Assembly (NCBI GenBank): GCA_047495785.1
Contig: JBLDXI010000074.1
Location: forward strand, 992,001-1,056,000
Reading direction: 5' to 3'
DNA from: Lepidodermella squamata
Lineage: Eukaryota > Animalia > Gastrotricha
DNA length: 64,000 bases
Shown: positions 59,963-64,000 of the stretch, piece by piece
Position numbering within the stretch: position 1 is the stretch's first letter
How the letters are laid out: the number at the start of each line of letters is the position of its first letter
Position numbers and translations under genes: made by a program
Notes under the pieces: generated by a model
Seen by the model: only the letters and a program-made list of their open reading frames with translations
The model's database searches: none
Told to the model about the DNA's origin: nothing

Positions 59963-61934
59963 CTAATTTCTGAATTTGGGGCGAGTGACGGCCGTCAGTG
60001 CTGAGTTGCAGTCGGGCTTAGGGCAGTGATCACATAATTTCTCGTGTAGGCACGCGTAGTGAAACAAGTGGTTGCATGGCGTTTGACACATTCCCAACAC
60101 GTCGATTTCCTTGTCGCAAATAGAGCATTCTACTCCAGTGCCAACGCTGTAGCCAGCATCCAACAGACGTGGTAACATCTCGTTGATACATTTTTCCTTT
60201 TCTTTAACGCCAAGCAATTTCAGTATTTCCCAGAGGAGGAATCTTAAGTAATATAATAGATCAGGATAGTCATGACTTGCGGCACGGGTGATCGAATTGG
60301 ATTCGTCAATCTTTTTTTTCAGTTGATTGAGACAGTCTTGCCGAATCGGCCTGTGTATAAAGCGTATTAAGATTTCGATGCAAAATTCGCTCAATTCCAG
60401 GCCCATATTAGTTTCGCAATAGTTAGCGTCGGTTGCGCAATCGCGTGGTAAAAGTGGACTTAGTACGAACACTAGATCGAAAATCTGCACATAAATTTGG
60501 CCGCGCTTGCTTATGTCGATTTTTGAGGCGTTTTATTTCAAAATAGAATTCGGAATGTGAAGTGCGGAGTGGATATTCTTATTACCTGAATAAGTATAGG
60601 CAGTTCTTGAAATTGGTAATTGAACGGCTTTACGGTTACGTAATGATATTCGAATTTCTTTACGCTTTACGAGAATAGCCAGCATTTTAAAATTGATATT
60701 TTTGACATTTTTAAGTTGACAACGCCAAGTTATCTCAGCCTCTATGCAAAATATATGATCCTTGCTGAGTTTTAAATTCTGGAGATTGTCGTAAAAAATG
60801 TGAATACATTACGTAACGTAAAGCCGTTCAAGTACGAATATAAAAAACGCCACACAGGCCATGCTTAAAACAAATCGTAAGCAGCATTCACATCGAGGCC
60901 AAGAATTTTCATCTTCCGCCTTCCGATGGCCGCGCTGGGCGTTAGACAATCGTGTAAATTCTAAATTGGAACCCCAAAACCCAAAAGCCTCCTGATATTC
61001 GATAAAGTATTTAATACCGCGCGCGAAGATGTTAGAGGCCAAAGGCTTATCCCAAAAATGAATTCAGACTATTCTCTACATCGATGTATCGATTGAATAT
61101 GGGTTTCTCGAGCGAAATTATCAAAATAAAAAGGTTTCATGCGTGCCCTAAATTATCCTCCAATCACACACTCCGTTTTTTTACCGTCCTTCCTTATCCT
61201 GCTTGACGTTTTTCACGCGTTCTCATTTCTCATATCCGCCTTGCCGTACGTAAGGATGGACCGACGGAACGCGCCCCACGAAAAAGAGGAGTTTCCCCGT
61301 CATCGCGCAACCGACGCTTGGGGCGGGACGAAACCGATTGGGGCCTGGATTTGAAACAAATCACTTACCGGTTGTCCTCCTCGTCGCGACCGAGTGAATT
61401 ATCGGTGAATATTACACGGCGATTGATTTTCTCGAGAAACGAATGCAAAGGTCCTTCTGTCCCAGCCCACTCTGTTAGTTTCGCGTCTAGATCTGTCATC
61501 CCATCGTCACAGTGAGTGACCACCAACACACAACGATCAGCCCACGTGCTGTCAAAAATGAGCGGCAAGATGTCAAAATTCATTACCTCCTTGTCGGTGA
61601 GCCGGCCATACTTGACGACAAACAAGATGCAGTGCACGCCCAGATCGGCTATTCGAAGCATCCTTTTCAGCTCCAAAGTGACCTCCTCGTTCGTCTTCTC
61701 GGGGTCGCCTAGGCCCACAGTATCGGCGAACAGGTAGCCGCCTTTAGTCTCAAAGATCCATCGGCATTTGCTGGTGACAGCGTTTGCTGTATTGCCAGTT
61801 GCACAAGGTCCCTTGCAAGCAGTAGCGGAGTAGTCATTGTTGTACAGCATGTTAACAATCGTTGACTTTCCGCTACCCGAACTCCCGATGGTGTAGATGA
61901 TTTTGTTGATGGGAACATCCTTTACCTCTTCCAT
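59963..61934 (-). CDS. AIG1/GIMAP-like GTPase fused to a C-terminal RING-H2 (317 aa; exons 61934-61369, 60350-59963)
   Basis: GSSGSGKS, AVT, DTVG, GVHCILFVVKYGR, THCD; CSIC...CNHLFHYAC...CPKPDC; phase-2 intron joins NR|PIRQDCL. Confidence 0.85.
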
Positions 61935-62873
61935 GAGAGCTCTTTAATAATCGTATTCTATTGAAGACTGTGAGCACAAAGGGGTTGATAGTGTATACGC
62001 AATGAAAACTGAGCATTCATTCACCAATATGTCTGAGCACTTTGGGATCGACCTTAAACCTTGGGAGTATGAGCAAGCCGGCAAGGTAAGAATACCGCAT
62101 CTTCTGGAAATTTTTCAATCTGTTGCTAATGGCACTGAGCTCTGAGCTCTCATGCAAAGACCAAAGTCGGTTCCCCAACCTAGGGGCATCTTGGGGGTAA
62201 TTTTCAAATAAAATGGCCCCCCTGCGGTTTTATCCGGCTTTCCCGCTAGACCTTTTCAGACGGCAGGTAATGCTCCACTTCTCTATTATAGTATACTTCG
62301 TCTAGGCATGAAGGAGAAGCAAAGCGGTTCTGTAATAATTGAAAGAATCGAATTAGCAATTTCGCAAAATACGTCTTAATAGGCTGGTCTTAAGAACGGA
62401 TTGCAAGCTAGCGGAATTACCAACATCTTTTACAAAATGGTCACACCTTACTAGTATCTTGCTAAAAAGAAACTAGCCATTTCAACTAGCTAGAACTAGT
62501 CTTCAAACGTAGTAATCTGAAACGTCTCTTCCTAATCACCAGCTGATAGCTGGTAAAAGCACTTAATGGCACTCGGCTGCGATAAATGTGGATGCTTTAA
62601 TTTCAAGATAGTGTGGTTATGAGCTGAATAGTTATTGAAACAAGATACCAGTACCAAGTTCAAAGCGCCAAAAGCATTTTCACATTTCACCTCGTCAACA
62701 ACATATAGTACTCGAATTTTAGTCCCTAAAACTCTTTTGTAAATTCAATCCTATCGTCTCCTTCTGTAAGCTGCTGTATTGAGTACCTTATATATGTTTG
62801 TTGTGTCATTAGAAGTAAACTTTGTTGAATTCTATGCGAAAGCGGAGTTTGGGCATAAAAAGTTGCACTGATT

Positions 62874-63928
62874 ATGTCCCTACAAACGATCGCCATCGGC
62901 GATTCAGTAATCACTGACAAGGAAGTTGCAATCCAGCGTATCATCTTGGTTGTTGGAACTACAGGCACAGGTAAATCGACCATTATCAACATGCTGCACA
63001 ATCAGGACGTCAGTGTGGAAGCATGCAAGACGCCATGCAAAGTTGACTCGACCGGAAATTCAGTGACCAAAGAGCCACAATGGATTTTAATTGCGAACAT
63101 GAACACGCTTGTTGCCGATACAGTTGGCTTCGGGGATTCGGGGATAGCAAATTATGAACTAAAATCAAATTTGTCATCGTTTATAAGAAATGCAAAACTC
63201 GGCTTGCATGGCATTGTCATAGTGATGAAATTTGGCCGCGTTACAGCTGGAGCACGAGCGAATTTGAATATCATCTCAAGCATGTTCGAACCTCAATTGG
63301 CCTCCAACTGTTTAGTTGTTGCTACGCATTACGATGGGAAAATGGATGAAGAGTCTCAAAAGCAATCTATAGCCGATTGGCTTGAAGGTAATAATATCAA
63401 GCTTTCCAATCCATCACTTTATAGAATCATGTAAGGGTAGGAGATCCCGTAATGTTGCAGTTCTTTGAAAAAGTTAGCAATCGAGTGATCCTCACCGACA
63501 ATGCATTGGGCAGATTTGCTCAGAAGAATGAACCTATTCGTAGAAATTGCCTCAACCAGCTGAACACGTTCATCAACAACTGTCAAACCATGTTTTTTCC
63601 CGTGCCAATAGGTCTTGCCGAAATGTTGAAGGACATCATGCTTCATCATTTCCAAATGATGAGCGCTTCATCGCTAGGCGTAAGAGTGAGAGTGGCTGAG
63701 GCCTTCGAGTTCTTTAGTAAAGAAGCTGGCGTATCAATAGGCGATTGCGACATATGTAAAAAAGACATCCGCGTTGAAGACTGGGGACTGGCAACATGTC
63801 ACCATTCGTTTCATTACTCCTGCATTTCGGAATACATGAGGCACGGAAACCCCATCTGCCCGGTTTGCTCGCAGTCGATAAGGATTGTCTTCCGGCCTAG
63901 GATGCCAGCCGATCTAGTTGGAACTTGA
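62874..63928 (+). CDS. AIG1/GIMAP-like GTPase-RING-H2 paralog (333 aa; exons 62874-63387, 63441-63928)
   Basis: GTTGTGKS, SVT, DTVG, THYD; CDIC...CHHSFHYSC...CPVC; 53-nt intron. Confidence 0.87.
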
Positions 63929-64000
63929 AACTTTAAATTACAGCTTTCATAAATCAGTGCTCTCGAGCGAACGTGATATCATGCAATAGGTTTGAAAGAA

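Noticed and set aside
1-64000. Assignment to a specific animal phylum
   Set aside because: Gene content (temptin-monooxygenase, DM9, astacins) indicates an invertebrate, but no diagnostic marker is present

Overview
Eukaryotic (invertebrate animal) genomic DNA with many short GT-AG introns (often about 50-60 nt). It is not prokaryotic, so many listed ORFs are single exons or shadow frames. The window is dominated by a cluster of secreted proteins that look like effectors. (i) Three intact genes and one disrupted copy encode Lys/His-rich polyproteins cut by a repeated acidic spacer REAAYEEEVAR. (ii) Eight members of an unrecognised Cys-rich secreted family share GGxxC...CxxHxDC-x6-CC...CRxP. 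(iii) One secreted, intron-containing protein has a mature domain resembling bacterial polymorphic-toxin nuclease tips (AGLRHI...VITAF). (iv) There are two tandem astacin-EGF-CUB-kringle(-CTLD) genes, one with the catalytic Glu replaced by Gln. (v) The cluster also holds His-rich and small peptide precursors, a DM9 protein, an oomycete-like PAN+GH17 glucanase and a temptin/copper-monooxygenase gene broken by a young non-autonomous LTR element. Many of the precursors have acidic pro-segments ending in an E-x(0-2)-R site, suggesting a common maturation pathway. An intronless class C GPCR, a head-to-head pair of AIG1/GIMAP-like GTPase-RING fusions, a tRNA-Asp, a LINE fragment and several MITEs complete the window. 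All family assignments come from motif recognition by eye; no searches were run.
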